IMG/VR virus record: IMGVR_UViG_3300009160_000004
Location: 1-60,251 of that record
Length of the DNA: 60,251 nucleotides
Strand: one strand, 5' to 3'
Origin: a virus
Lineage: Duplodnaviria > Caudoviricetes
In this document: positions 24,215 to 31,743 of the stretch, in pieces
How the letters are laid out: the number at the start of each line of letters is the position of its first letter
Position numbering within the stretch: the stretch's first letter is position 1
Position numbers and translations under genes: made by a program
Notes under the pieces: generated by a model
The model's database searches: none
What the model was told of the DNA's origin: nothing
The model's input: the letters and a program-made list of their open reading frames with translations, nothing else

Positions 24215-24537
24215 CAGTTAAACGGTGGTGGGAGGTAGGCAGGCGACTCCGGCCGAAGCCGGAGACGGCTGCGTTAAACGGCGGAGCCGAGTAAGGCAGA
24301 CGGGTAGTGCATAGTTGTTGACGGGGTCCGCTACCTTTCATCCTCTGCCCCGTGCGGCGGGTCCGAGACCTTGCATCCAGGGCTGGAGTCGTCAGCGTGC
24401 CCTGCTGTCCGCAAAACCAATGGTTGACCTGTATCCCAGGCCGGGCCATTGGTGGTGCCAATCACTCGCCTACCCCATGGGGCGGCTTCGGCTGATGGCG
24501 TTTGGCCGGAACTCCGGCGCCGTTCGACAATCGGGGT
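24215..24537 (-). ncRNA. Candidate structured non-coding RNA
   Basis: Long-range closing stem, C(UUCG)G hairpin and three more stems in a ~330-nt gap. Confidence 0.45.
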
Positions 24538-25158
24538 CTACTTAAACTCGCGGGTGAACATCGTTCTCCAGCCTGGAATGCGGAGTTTGCATCGCTCCTC
24601 GTTCCACCGGCAGAACTCTGTCAGATCCCGTGAGTTGTATTGGGGGAGCGCCTTCGCCATAGTCCAGAGATGCCACGCATAGGTGGCCATCTCGGCGCAG
24701 TAGCGGTCGCTTTCCTGGCGTGTTGCCAGCTTCAGTTCGCCCCGGGTAATTGACCCGGAGGTGTACGCTGCCCACTCATCCAGAAGCATGAGCGGCTGGA
24801 CAGCCCAGTACTCCGTCGCGCCCTGCTTGCGGTAGGTTTCGTAGATCGATCCCCGTTCTTCCTTCGGGATCGCGGCAAAGACATCGGCCGTCAGGAGCGG
24901 AGGCGTGGGAATAAAGACCCGTATACCATTTCCGATATACACCCCGTGGAACCCGGGCTTCCCACGGCACAGGAAATGATTGCCCTCATGGGCGTAGGTG
25001 ACGAGGTCGGCGTCCTTGGCGTCCGTGTTTACCGGAAGCCGTGCCGCGATGTCGGTCAGCGTCCATGTGAATGCGGCCGGCGGAGCAGACACAACCGGGG
25101 CGTACTCCACCTCGGCCGCACCAGCCGCAAGCTCAAAGATCAGCATCCATGCCAACAT
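24538..25158 (-). CDS. Exported gluzincin-like metallopeptidase
   Basis: Signal-like N-terminus; HEGNH plus downstream DEWAAY. Confidence 0.55.
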   Translation of the reverse strand: MLAWMLIFELAAGAAEVEYAPVVSAPPAAFTWTLTDIAARLPVNTDAKDADLVTYAHEGNHFLCRGKPGFHGVYIGNGIRVFIPTPPLLTADVFAAIPKEERGSIYETYRKQGATEYWAVQPLMLLDEWAAYTSGSITRGELKLATRQESDRYCAEMATYAWHLWTMAKALPQYNSRDLTEFCRWNEERCKLRIPGWRTMFTREFK

Positions 25159-25200
25159 CGTCGCATCCTAGCAAGTCAGGGTGGCGTTTGTCCCACCATC

Positions 25201-25422
25201 TCACATGTCCCTACCAGTAAATGGCTTCGGATGAGGAATGTCGTACATCTCGTTGCCCATCACCCGTATTTCGGCTGAATCTACGTGTATCACGTTCCCG
25301 GTATCGAACAGGTGAATCACCCATACCGAGTTCACGCTGGGACCGTAGTCAATCAGGAACAGGGCATGGCCCTCCCCGAGTGGCGTCGTGACCCAGATAT
25401 GGGGATTCAACTGGAGGATCAT
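25201..25422 (-). CDS. Conserved phage hypothetical protein
   Basis: QLNP.IWVTTPLGEGHA..LIDYG motif. Confidence 0.8.
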   Translation of the reverse strand: MILQLNPHIWVTTPLGEGHALFLIDYGPSVNSVWVIHLFDTGNVIHVDSAEIRVMGNEMYDIPHPKPFTGRDM

Positions 25423-25562
25423 TTGGCAAGTATCCAGAGCCCAACGTTGCTGAAGGAATAGCCCGCATATACGACCCCCATAGCGTTATTCCCGTGAGCA
25501 AACTGCTCAATGGACACGCACAGGTAAATGACTCCGGTCACAATGATCAGCGTTCCGCTCAT
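25419..25562 (-). CDS. Small two-TM membrane protein, 47 aa
   Basis: MSGTLIIVTGVIYL...GYSFSNVGLWIL. Confidence 0.7.
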   Translation of the reverse strand: MSGTLIIVTGVIYLCVSIEQFAHGNNAMGVVYAGYSFSNVGLWILAK

Positions 25563-25638
25563 GGTTCCCCCATGGTTAGGTTGTAAAGCAACATGGCACA
25601 GGCAAATACCATGGCAATGAACCACTGCATCGGGTCTA

Positions 25639-25926
25639 TCACGGCCACCTCGGATAGATGAGAACACCGCCAGTCATGGATCCGGTGTGGATCTCAATAG
25701 CCGATGCACGCGGGAATTCCTTGGCAAGCTGATCGGCCGTATCGATCAGGCTCTGGCTGTCGATCTGCGCCTTGTGGGCGTGGACCCAGTTGTTGATATC
25801 GGCGTAGTCCGACTCCTCGGACGGGCCCTGCTTATCGCGGTCCATCCACACCCGGATGTTCCGGCCAAGCGTCCGGAACTTCAGAATGTTTTCGTAGACC
25901 TTAGTCTTTCCCGTGAACCACATCAT
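25639..25926 (-). CDS. Hypothetical protein
   Basis: AGGAGG SD. Confidence 0.7.
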   Translation of the reverse strand: MMWFTGKTKVYENILKFRTLGRNIRVWMDRDKQGPSEESDYADINNWVHAHKAQIDSQSLIDTADQLAKEFPRASAIEIHTGSMTGGVLIYPRWP

Positions 25927-26065
25927 CGTCGCCTCCTTGCAGTTGAGCCTCCAGTTCCTTCACACGCTCACGCAGCGTGAGAATCTCGTTCCCGGCGGCT
26001 TCCGCCACCGTGTCAATACCCTTGCCGCTGTAGGCAAGGTCCAACAGTTTCTGTGCGATGTCCAT
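25901..26065 (-). CDS. Small coiled-coil protein, 54 aa
   Basis: MDIAQKL...EAAGNEILTLRERVKELE, read manually. Confidence 0.65.
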   Translation of the reverse strand: MDIAQKLLDLAYSGKGIDTVAEAAGNEILTLRERVKELEAQLQGGDDDVVHGKD

Positions 26066-26071
26066 CACGCT

Positions 26072-26689
26072 TCACCCCATGTGCTTTCTAGTTTTCGCCT
26101 TAGTCTTTCCATCGCGGCCTCCAGCATCCGGATGCGTTTTCGCAATGTATCGTTCTCTCTCCTCAACCTCTCCTCCTCCTCGGACGAAGAGACTTGTGTC
26201 TCCATCTACGAACTCCAGGAACTCTTGTGGGTACAGGTACTTTTCCAATTCATCTGCGTGGCGAAGATGTTCCTTGGGGGCGACGAGCATCCCCATGTCA
26301 TGGCCACGGGTATTGTCTTTGACAGTCTTCTCTTCCCATGAATCATCCCGGTCTAGCGGCGTGATCCACACCCACTTGCCTGTCACTGAAGACAGGAACA
26401 CATAGGCAAAGGGATGGATGAACTCCCTGCCCAGGCCGCGCGTGTCATCAACAAACACGGTCGGGTACGGGAAATCTTCCGGAGACGTAAACTTCAGACT
26501 CCGTTCTTTAATCTCCACGGACAGGAGGACTGCTGCATCAGGAGTGCCACAGTGGTCAGCGACCTTGCTGTGGTTCGTGAGCAGGAGCTTCTTGCCGTGA
26601 GCCGCCGACCGGCCGGAGACGCGCTGGGCATCCACCCAGGCGCGCTCCGCACGGTGACCGGAATTAAGAGCCGCTCGGAATTGCCGCAT
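26072..26689 (-). CDS. PD-(D/E)xK nuclease-like protein
   Basis: GHRAE, TPD, VEIK, FPYPTVFVD. Confidence 0.65.
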   Translation of the reverse strand: MRQFRAALNSGHRAERAWVDAQRVSGRSAAHGKKLLLTNHSKVADHCGTPDAAVLLSVEIKERSLKFTSPEDFPYPTVFVDDTRGLGREFIHPFAYVFLSSVTGKWVWITPLDRDDSWEEKTVKDNTRGHDMGMLVAPKEHLRHADELEKYLYPQEFLEFVDGDTSLFVRGGGEVEERERYIAKTHPDAGGRDGKTKAKTRKHMG

Positions 26690-27191
26690 AGTTCCAACCA
26701 GTCCATTGGTATGATCGAATGTCAACCCGCTCTGGCGAGACGTTCGCTAGGCGGTCCTCACGCTGCCTGATCTCCTTGGCCATCGCGAGAATCTCTTCGG
26801 GACTTGGGTCACCGGGCTGGTAACCGTCGTCCACAAACTCCATCCAGTCGGGGATAAACTCTTCCTTGCGAAGAGCGTCGGCTGTTCGCCGGACGGAGCG
26901 GGCCCAGTTGAGGGGCTCGCCAAACCAATCCGCGATGTCCTCGTCGGTAACGTCAGGCACCCGCATGGCGACCAGAGCCAGACGCTCCCGAGACGGCACC
27001 TTCCCGCAGTGCCGCAGGATTCGGAGGACGCCAACAGTTGCGCTCTTTCCCAAGCCCAGGCTCTTGCCCACCATCATCGGCGGCTCGCGGTTTACTATCA
27101 CCCGGTGATACAACTGCCCGGCGAAAAGGAGCGGACAGTAAACTGCAAAGTCTTCGCCAAAAATTGGGGCGTACATGTCCCTCTTTCTCAT
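26664..27191 (-). CDS. Putative HTH DNA-binding protein
   Basis: AGGAGG SD; VGKSLGL and EDIADWFG helices; DPSPEEI motif. Confidence 0.6.
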   Translation of the reverse strand: MRKRDMYAPIFGEDFAVYCPLLFAGQLYHRVIVNREPPMMVGKSLGLGKSATVGVLRILRHCGKVPSRERLALVAMRVPDVTDEDIADWFGEPLNWARSVRRTADALRKEEFIPDWMEFVDDGYQPGDPSPEEILAMAKEIRQREDRLANVSPERVDIRSYQWTGWNYAAIPSGS

Positions 27192-27282
27192 TCTTCTCCT
27201 CCTTGGTAAACGTCTCTGGGAAAACATGCGGGATGTCAAACACCTCCCGCACCACAGAATCAACTAAGTCTTGCTCGCTCAC
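26953..27282 (-). CDS. Possible overlapping hypothetical protein
   Basis: GGAGAG SD and protein-like N-terminus MSEQDLVDSVVREVF, but heavy overlap with the next gene. Confidence 0.3.
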   Translation of the reverse strand: MSEQDLVDSVVREVFDIPHVFPETFTKEEKNEKEGHVRPNFWRRLCSLLSAPFRRAVVSPGDSKPRAADDGGQEPGLGKERNCWRPPNPAALREGAVSGASGSGRHAGA

Positions 27283-28291
27283 GGCGTTCTCTCTCCTTAC
27301 GAAACAGGTTCTTTACCCAGCCTTCCCGCAGGTCACGGCAGGCCCAGTGGATGTAGCCATTCGTTAGCTCCGACATCTTCATGCCGGCGTACTTGCCCTT
27401 CAGAGGGTTGAAGTAAGTGCCGACGCACCGCGAACCGGCGCCAATGTCAAACTCTCGGCGGCGAATACTTCCAGACGCCTGCCCCCTAGTGGCGGCGCGG
27501 CGGGCTTCGATCTCCATCGCCAACTTCCGCTTGGCCTCTTCCTCCGCCCGCAGGGCAGCAAGCTCCGCCTCCGTCAACGGGGACTTGGCCTCGGCGGCAC
27601 GGCGCTTCACTTCCTTCACAACCTCTGGCCCTGCCTGGACGAACATGTCCACGGCCGTGACGAGGCGGTGATCCAGGCTGGCATCGGTGCAGTCAACAAT
27701 TTTGAAGTGCGGCTTGGAACTCTCGGCTATGCGTTGCCGGCGGAGGTCGGCGGTTGAGCCTTGGAAATCGACTACTCCCGGCAAGGGACGAGTAGCGCGG
27801 CCAACGCATTGGAGCCAGAACGACCGTGACCGCGTCGGCCTGCCCAGGATCAACGTGGCTGTGGGTGGATAGTCAAAGCCCACGGCGACCACCTGACAGT
27901 TGACGAGTACTGGCACCTCGCGTGACTTAAACCGGCGGAGCGCCTCCCTGCGTTCATCCTCGTCCTGCTTGCCATGCACATAAACTGACGGAATTCCGTA
28001 GTTATTGTTGAGGTAATGACACACCCCAGCAGCCGCAGCCACGCCAGCGGTGAACACCACAGTCTGGCCTTCCATCTCTTCCTTGGTGATCAGGCAGATT
28101 CGCTGAAGGTTTGCTTCTTTGACCATCTCATCAGCCAGTGCAGATTGTTTGAAGTCGTCGCCTACGATTGCTATTCCGCTGAGATCCAGGGAGGCAACCT
28201 TGGAGATGCGACAGACGGGAGGGACGGACCATCCGTTGTCAATTGCCCATCGGAGGTCGTAGTTACACAAGGACTCGTCGTAGAACTGCAC
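27260..28291 (-). CDS. SF2 helicase, C-terminal half (motifs IV-VI)
   Basis: TVVF, VHG, LVNCQVVAVGFDYP, QCVGRATR. Confidence 0.88.
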   Translation of the reverse strand: MQFYDESLCNYDLRWAIDNGWSVPPVCRISKVASLDLSGIAIVGDDFKQSALADEMVKEANLQRICLITKEEMEGQTVVFTAGVAAAAGVCHYLNNNYGIPSVYVHGKQDEDERREALRRFKSREVPVLVNCQVVAVGFDYPPTATLILGRPTRSRSFWLQCVGRATRPLPGVVDFQGSTADLRRQRIAESSKPHFKIVDCTDASLDHRLVTAVDMFVQAGPEVVKEVKRRAAEAKSPLTEAELAALRAEEEAKRKLAMEIEARRAATRGQASGSIRRREFDIGAGSRCVGTYFNPLKGKYAGMKMSELTNGYIHWACRDLREGWVKNLFRKERERRERARLS

Positions 28292-28776
28292 AGTAAACCC
28301 CTCCCATCCATGCGAAATGGAGTCGCCGTAAACCCAGCCACCATCGCCCCGTCGTGTTGAAAGTAACGCAACATCTCAACCACCGGCTCACTGCACATCA
28401 GGTGAGCCTCGTCCACAATCACCAACTGAAAATCACGGAACCGTTTGTATCGCGGCTCCCCGCCCCGCCGGCTGAGTAACGTCTGCTTCGATGCGACAAT
28501 CACCTTGCTGGGGTAATCCTCTTCAGCGTGGAAGTTAGCCATCTCCACATCAGGATCAGACTCTGTGATGTCCCGCACCTTCTCAATCGCCTGCCAGACA
28601 AGCTCACGCATCGGGCAGATGATCAACGTCCGACCCAGAATCCGTGCAGCCAATGTGACAAAGATCACTGTCTTGCCGGCACCCGTGAACAGGCCGTTGA
28701 GCGTGGAGGTAACACCACGATCCATGGCCTGTAGGTTGGCGGTCACGATCTCTTCTTGGTAGTCGCGTAGTTCCAT
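28171..28776 (-). CDS. SF2 helicase, N-terminal half (Q motif, I-III)
   Basis: LRDYQ, TGAGKT, DEAH, TATP; coding frame changes near 28295. Confidence 0.9.
   Translation of the reverse strand: MELRDYQEEIVTANLQAMDRGVTSTLNGLFTGAGKTVIFVTLAARILGRTLIICPMRELVWQAIEKVRDITESDPDVEMANFHAEEDYPSKVIVASKQTLLSRRGGEPRYKRFRDFQLVIVDEAHLMCSEPVVEMLRYFQHDGAMVAGFTATPFRMDGRGLLCSSTTSPCVTTTSDGQLTTDGPSLPSVASPRLPPWISAE
28294..28300 (-). other. Candidate -1 frameshift slippery heptamer G GGT TTA
   Basis: In-phase X XXY YYZ; a -1 slip joins the two helicase halves. Confidence 0.5.
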
Positions 28777-28825
28777 AAGAAAAAACCCGGGGGCGAGGAG
28801 GGACGGGGGTTGCCTCGCCCCCGGG
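28777..28825 (-). terminator. Rho-independent terminator after ssb
   Basis: 13-bp CCCGGGGGCGAGG stem plus TTTTTTCTT. Confidence 0.88.
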
Positions 28826-28831
28826 GAGCCA

Positions 28832-29161
28832 TCAGAAGGAGGCGAATTCCTCCTGGGGCTCTGAGCGCTTCCCTGCGCCCAGTAGCGTGAGCGAGCGAAC
28901 GGCCAAAACCATCTTTGACTTCTTCTGTCCGTCCTTCTCCCAGGACTGCTGATCCAGTTCGCCAGTCACGCAGACCTGACAGCCCTTAATCAGGTACTCC
29001 AGAACGCCACCGATGCGCCAGTGATCGCAGTCCAAGAACATGACCTTGTCCTTGCGGCCATTGACCGCGATGGAGTAACGACCCACCTCGGCCTCACCGA
29101 CCATCTTGGACTCAGCATCCTTAGTGATCCGCCCAGTAAACGTGCAGACATTCGTATCCAT
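28832..29161 (-). CDS. ssb: Single-stranded DNA-binding protein
   Basis: GRITKDAE, KG.QV.V.G.L...WEKDGQK, acidic tail ending in Phe. Confidence 0.92.
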   Translation of the reverse strand: MDTNVCTFTGRITKDAESKMVGEAEVGRYSIAVNGRKDKVMFLDCDHWRIGGVLEYLIKGCQVCVTGELDQQSWEKDGQKKSKMVLAVRSLTLLGAGKRSEPQEEFASF

Positions 29162-29163
29162 GG

Positions 29164-29799
29164 TTACGCCTCAACTTTCTGAAAGGTGTCATCAAACTTC
29201 TTCTGGATCCGTTCCAGAACCGCCTTCGGGCATGCCTTCTCCAGAACCCTCTGCTTCACCAACGAGACGACCTTCTTGGCCTCGTCCACGCTCTTGGCTT
29301 CCGCAAGTGCCTTGGTCGCCTTGCTCTCAATCTCCATCCCCTTGGTGACAACATCCGCCTCCGACGAGCGGGCCGTGTGCTGCACGGAGTTGCCGTCGTC
29401 GTCAGCCTCGCCGGAGAAACCTCCAGTGAGCGCCATGAGGAGCGTCCGCTTGCCATATGTCATCGCCGCACCGAAGCCCTGCATGTCGCCCTTCGGATTG
29501 ACAAGCGGAGCTACTCCAGAGATGTACTGCCCGCTGCTATGTCGGAGCGTGCCGACCAGCACCCACTGCGAGCCTGCGAGACCAGGACGAAAATCGGGAA
29601 GCGCAATCCCGTTCTTCGTCAGCGGGCCACGCAGGGACTCGCAGCATTGAGCAAACGAACTGAACTTGCTCCTGAAGTGCGGGTTCGCACTATCCAGAGC
29701 AACGGCCTGATACTCCGATTGAGCCTTGGCCAAAGCCTTCGTCAGTTCAGCCGTCTCCGGCGAACTACTTGGCCCAAGAATGAACTGGTTATCAATCAT
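29164..29799 (-). CDS. erf: ERF-family single-strand annealing protein
   Basis: NPHFRSK, QGFGAAMTYGKR, DDDGN. Confidence 0.9.
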   Translation of the reverse strand: MIDNQFILGPSSSPETAELTKALAKAQSEYQAVALDSANPHFRSKFSSFAQCCESLRGPLTKNGIALPDFRPGLAGSQWVLVGTLRHSSGQYISGVAPLVNPKGDMQGFGAAMTYGKRTLLMALTGGFSGEADDDGNSVQHTARSSEADVVTKGMEIESKATKALAEAKSVDEAKKVVSLVKQRVLEKACPKAVLERIQKKFDDTFQKVEA

Positions 29800-30644
29800 A
29801 GAAGCACCTCCTCCTTCTTCTGTGCCCACGGCGGAATCACTAACTCCGTGATCTCGCCAAACGTCGCGGGCGTGTAGATACCCGTCTCCCGTCGCAACCG
29901 AACTTCCTCCATGACTCGTTCCATCCGCCGGCCGGCTTCCTCAACCACTTCCTGTGGGAGGTAGAAGACTTGGCAGTCGAACGGCGGGACGCTGTGGACA
30001 AATACGAACGGCATCCGGAAGTGATCCATGCCCATCGCCATCGCGGCACGGACATACAACCACTCCTGTTCCGCATAGCCGTAGTCAAAGACGCTGCGGT
30101 ACAGCGCGTCCCACGGTGCGGAGGTGGACTTCAAATCCCACCAGTAGTCCTCTGCACAACCGTCCGGCCGCACCTTCACGCGGTGGCCGTTGAGGTCAAA
30201 GAAGACAGAGACCTGAGTCTCAACCGTCTCCTTCACGCACTTGCGTGCTGCGGGGTTCGCAAGCAGGGACTCCGCCATCGTCCGGAGTTTGAATGCGTAC
30301 TCCTCGTTGCACGGGATGCGACCGCTCGCGATGCACTCCGCCTCAAACTCCTTGTAAGCCTTGGTGCCACGCCGGCCGTCAACGCCCAGCACATCAACCG
30401 GGGCAATGGCCAGGAGCTTGTCCATCTCCCTGCCGTCGCAAATCTCCATGACGAGCGTGTCGAAGTCGGAGCCCAGGCTGGTGGCGCTGTTCCCCTCAAA
30501 GATTCTGTGGCCAAGGTCCAGCCACCTTTGAGCGAATCCACCACCCTTCAGTACCGCGACAAAAAAAGACCGCGAATCGAAATCGTTCTGTGCGAAGTAG
30601 TCGGCGTTCGCCATGCCGACAACCTTCCTTGGCAACGTGTCCAT
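29796..30644 (-). CDS. RecE-like exonuclease (PD-(D/E)xK, DUF3799-like)
   Basis: ETQVSVF, KVRPD, DLKST, YGYAEQ; adjacent to erf. Confidence 0.85.
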   Translation of the reverse strand: MDTLPRKVVGMANADYFAQNDFDSRSFFVAVLKGGGFAQRWLDLGHRIFEGNSATSLGSDFDTLVMEICDGREMDKLLAIAPVDVLGVDGRRGTKAYKEFEAECIASGRIPCNEEYAFKLRTMAESLLANPAARKCVKETVETQVSVFFDLNGHRVKVRPDGCAEDYWWDLKSTSAPWDALYRSVFDYGYAEQEWLYVRAAMAMGMDHFRMPFVFVHSVPPFDCQVFYLPQEVVEEAGRRMERVMEEVRLRRETGIYTPATFGEITELVIPPWAQKKEEVLL

Positions 30645-30654
30645 ACGTTCACTC

Positions 30655-30960
30655 CTATTTCTTAGACCGAATCCTTTGCAAACGGCGGTAGGCGGCGATG
30701 AAATCGCCAAGCTGTCCCAAGGCCAGCAGGGTCAGTGCGAAGCCGGACCAGCGAAGAAAAATGAAGGTGGTCAGCGCGGCCAGATAGGCGGCGCTAAGAA
30801 TGGGGTAGTCACGGGAGAAAACCCCTGCCAGCCATGCGTAGACAACTGAGCTACGCGCGCGATTGGGGGGGGTTGAATCCACTTTGTTGATGGGTATCTT
30901 CCCCGCCGTTAGGGCTACACCATGAGCCTCCTGCAACTTGTCGAACTGTACTGCTGTCAT
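30655..30960 (-). CDS. Possible membrane protein spanning the candidate attP
   Basis: Hydrophobic C-terminal half; stop overlaps the AGGAG SD of the exonuclease gene; start uncertain. Confidence 0.3.
   Translation of the reverse strand: MTAVQFDKLQEAHGVALTAGKIPINKVDSTPPNRARSSVVYAWLAGVFSRDYPILSAAYLAALTTFIFLRWSGFALTLLALGQLGDFIAAYRRLQRIRSKK
30836..30860 (-). other. Candidate attP core carrying tRNA nucleotides 1-18
   Basis: GCGCGCGTAGCTCAGTTG; inverted arms around a 7-bp spacer; 61 nt from the integrase start. Confidence 0.7.
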
Positions 30961-31743
30961 GTTGGGGCCTCGCTGGGCTACCGCTGGCAGTTGATCGTTC
31001 TCGTCCGACGCCTTCCGTGGACGGTCACCGATTTGACCGTGCCCCAGATCGACGCCTACCTCACCAAAGCGCTGGAAAAACTTTCTCCAGCAACTGTCCA
31101 AAACCACCGCAGGATGCTTGGGACTCTCCGGAGATTCGCTCTCCGGGAGAATCTTGTGGTGGATCAATGTACACGCACGCTCCGCCGCGTCAAGACGATC
31201 TGCCCCAACCCGATTGCGTGGACCCAAGCGGAAATTTCGCACTTGGTGGAGGTCGCCCGCGAGATGCCGGGACGCACGGCCTACTGCAACCTGTGCGAGG
31301 TGCTGCCGGCCTACGTGATCGTGGCGTACACCACGGGGCTGCGAGCCGGGGATATGCTTGCGATCCGCCATGATCAGATTCGGGGTGACCGACTCTCCTT
31401 AGTCATTCGCAAGACAAACACGCCGCATGTGGCTGTGCTGACCGAGCAGTGCCTCGCCGCCATCCATGAGCTTCCCAGGCGAGGCGGGCGTATCTTTGGC
31501 GATCTGATCCCCTGCCGTCAACTCTCACGGCATTTTCGCCGCCTAGTCCTGCGGGCCGGGATGGCCGGAAGTAGCAAGTTTCTGCGGAGATCCAGCGCGA
31601 CTTTCGCTGAATTAAACGGGATAGACGCCACTGGACACCTGGGACACAGGACGGCCCAGATGAAAAGGCACTACGTCGATATGGCGATCATGTCGCAAAA
31701 TCGACGGGCCGTTCCCCCGCTAGAACTGGTTCACCACTCCTAG
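30922..31743 (+). CDS. int: Tyrosine recombinase / integrase
   Basis: TGLR, K, KFLRR (HxxR variant), LGH, HY. Confidence 0.9.
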   Translation: MSLLQLVELYCCHVGASLGYRWQLIVLVRRLPWTVTDLTVPQIDAYLTKALEKLSPATVQNHRRMLGTLRRFALRENLVVDQCTRTLRRVKTICPNPIAWTQAEISHLVEVAREMPGRTAYCNLCEVLPAYVIVAYTTGLRAGDMLAIRHDQIRGDRLSLVIRKTNTPHVAVLTEQCLAAIHELPRRGGRIFGDLIPCRQLSRHFRRLVLRAGMAGSSKFLRRSSATFAELNGIDATGHLGHRTAQMKRHYVDMAIMSQNRRAVPPLELVHHS

